A DNA stretch of 63,545 bases, filler included, from Octopus bimaculoides (lineage: Eukaryota), in NCBI RefSeq assembly GCF_001194135.2. It is 6 parts of 6 records of this genome, joined end to end, with 100 filler letters (N's around TTAATTAATTAA, not from the genome) between each part and the next. Parts side by side here need not be neighbours in the genome. Positions count along the whole stretch, not along the records: positions 62,432 to 63,545 come from NC_069004.1; 5 more parts are not named here. The stretch is one strand, 5' to 3'. The translations under genes and the position numbers were made by a program. Positions 62,891-63,545 of this stretch are shown in pieces (the first letter of the stretch is position 1; each line of letters opens with the position of its first letter). Below the pieces are notes generated by a model. That model searched no databases. It had not been told where the DNA came from and saw only the letters and a list, made by a program, of their open reading frames with translations.

Positions 62891-63187
62891 TATTATTATG
62901 ACTATTATATAGAATAGTAAATAGTACGCATGAACGTCTGTCATTTTACATTTATCCAAACAGTTACTCGCACTCCATTCTATTGTATGATGAAGGCTAC
63001 AACGATTCCAGTATTGGTTTCTTGCATTGGCACAGAGAGAGGAATGGAGTCGATTATATGGATTCCCAGTACATGACTCTTCCAATATTTCCATTTTAAC
63101 TGCTACGTTTAGTCTTTGTATTTGGCACTACGTGGAATTTGGCAAACATTTGCCAAGCTGTTACCCATGATGTCATTGCTCTACAAC

Positions 63188-63245
<58 letters not shown>

Positions 63246-63325
63246 CTGATGGCGTTGGTGTTAGTAGTGGTGGTCATGGTAGTGATGACGACAATGTTGG
63301 TAATAAGGCTAATGATAATAGTGAT

Positions 63326-63376
<51 letters not shown>

Positions 63377-63545
63377 ATAGTAGTGGTGGTAATGGTGATG
63401 GTGGCGGTTGTGGTAGTGGCGATATGGCGGTGTTGGTGGTGGACGTGGCATTGATATTGGTTGCGCTGGTTATAGACATGGAGCGTGTCGTAGTATGCTG
63501 ATGGTGGTGGCGGCGGTGGCAGCGGTGGTAATGGCGGTGGTGGTA
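63188..63545. repeat. (TAG)n and (TGG/CGG)n low-complexity tract
   Basis: Read directly. Confidence 0.9.

Overview
AT-rich animal genomic scaffold with many N gaps and heavy microsatellite content. The SINE, Dong/R4-LINE and Penelope families and the (TA)/(CA)/(TACA) content point to an octopod cephalopod, probably Octopus (inference). Nearly all long entries in the ORF track are translations of microsatellites or gaps. Two host loci can be read from the sequence. (1) A + strand gene for a secreted von Willebrand factor A (VWA) domain protein, assembled by hand: TATA box 29888-29895, signal-peptide exon 29953-29997, micro-exon 36313-36337, VWA exon 37520-38083 with an intact MIDAS, and micro-exons 39196-39231 and 40542-40580. 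Its 3' end is unresolved. (2) A - strand Mind bomb (MIB2-like) locus: one well-preserved REP/SH3-like-repeat exon (45055-45207), followed by two decayed exons (about 43226-43420 and 41140-41243) with lost splice sites and a frameshift. No Mib-Herc2/ZZ module is visible upstream, so it is probably a truncated duplicate or pseudogene converging on, or nested in, the VWA gene. The rest is mobile DNA: a same-orientation stack of Dong/R4-type LINEs separated by (TTA)n at 14.7-24.9 kb, CR1-like and Tx1/L1-like LINE relics, Penelope relics, mariner derivatives, tRNA-derived SINEs and three long fold-back elements. Two of the fold-backs carry minimal hammerhead-ribozyme motifs in both arms, and one of those has a tRNA-like Pol III cassette in its loop. 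No CRISPR array, rRNA or convincing functional tRNA gene was seen. All family assignments come from motif recognition and recalled consensus sequences, not database searches.
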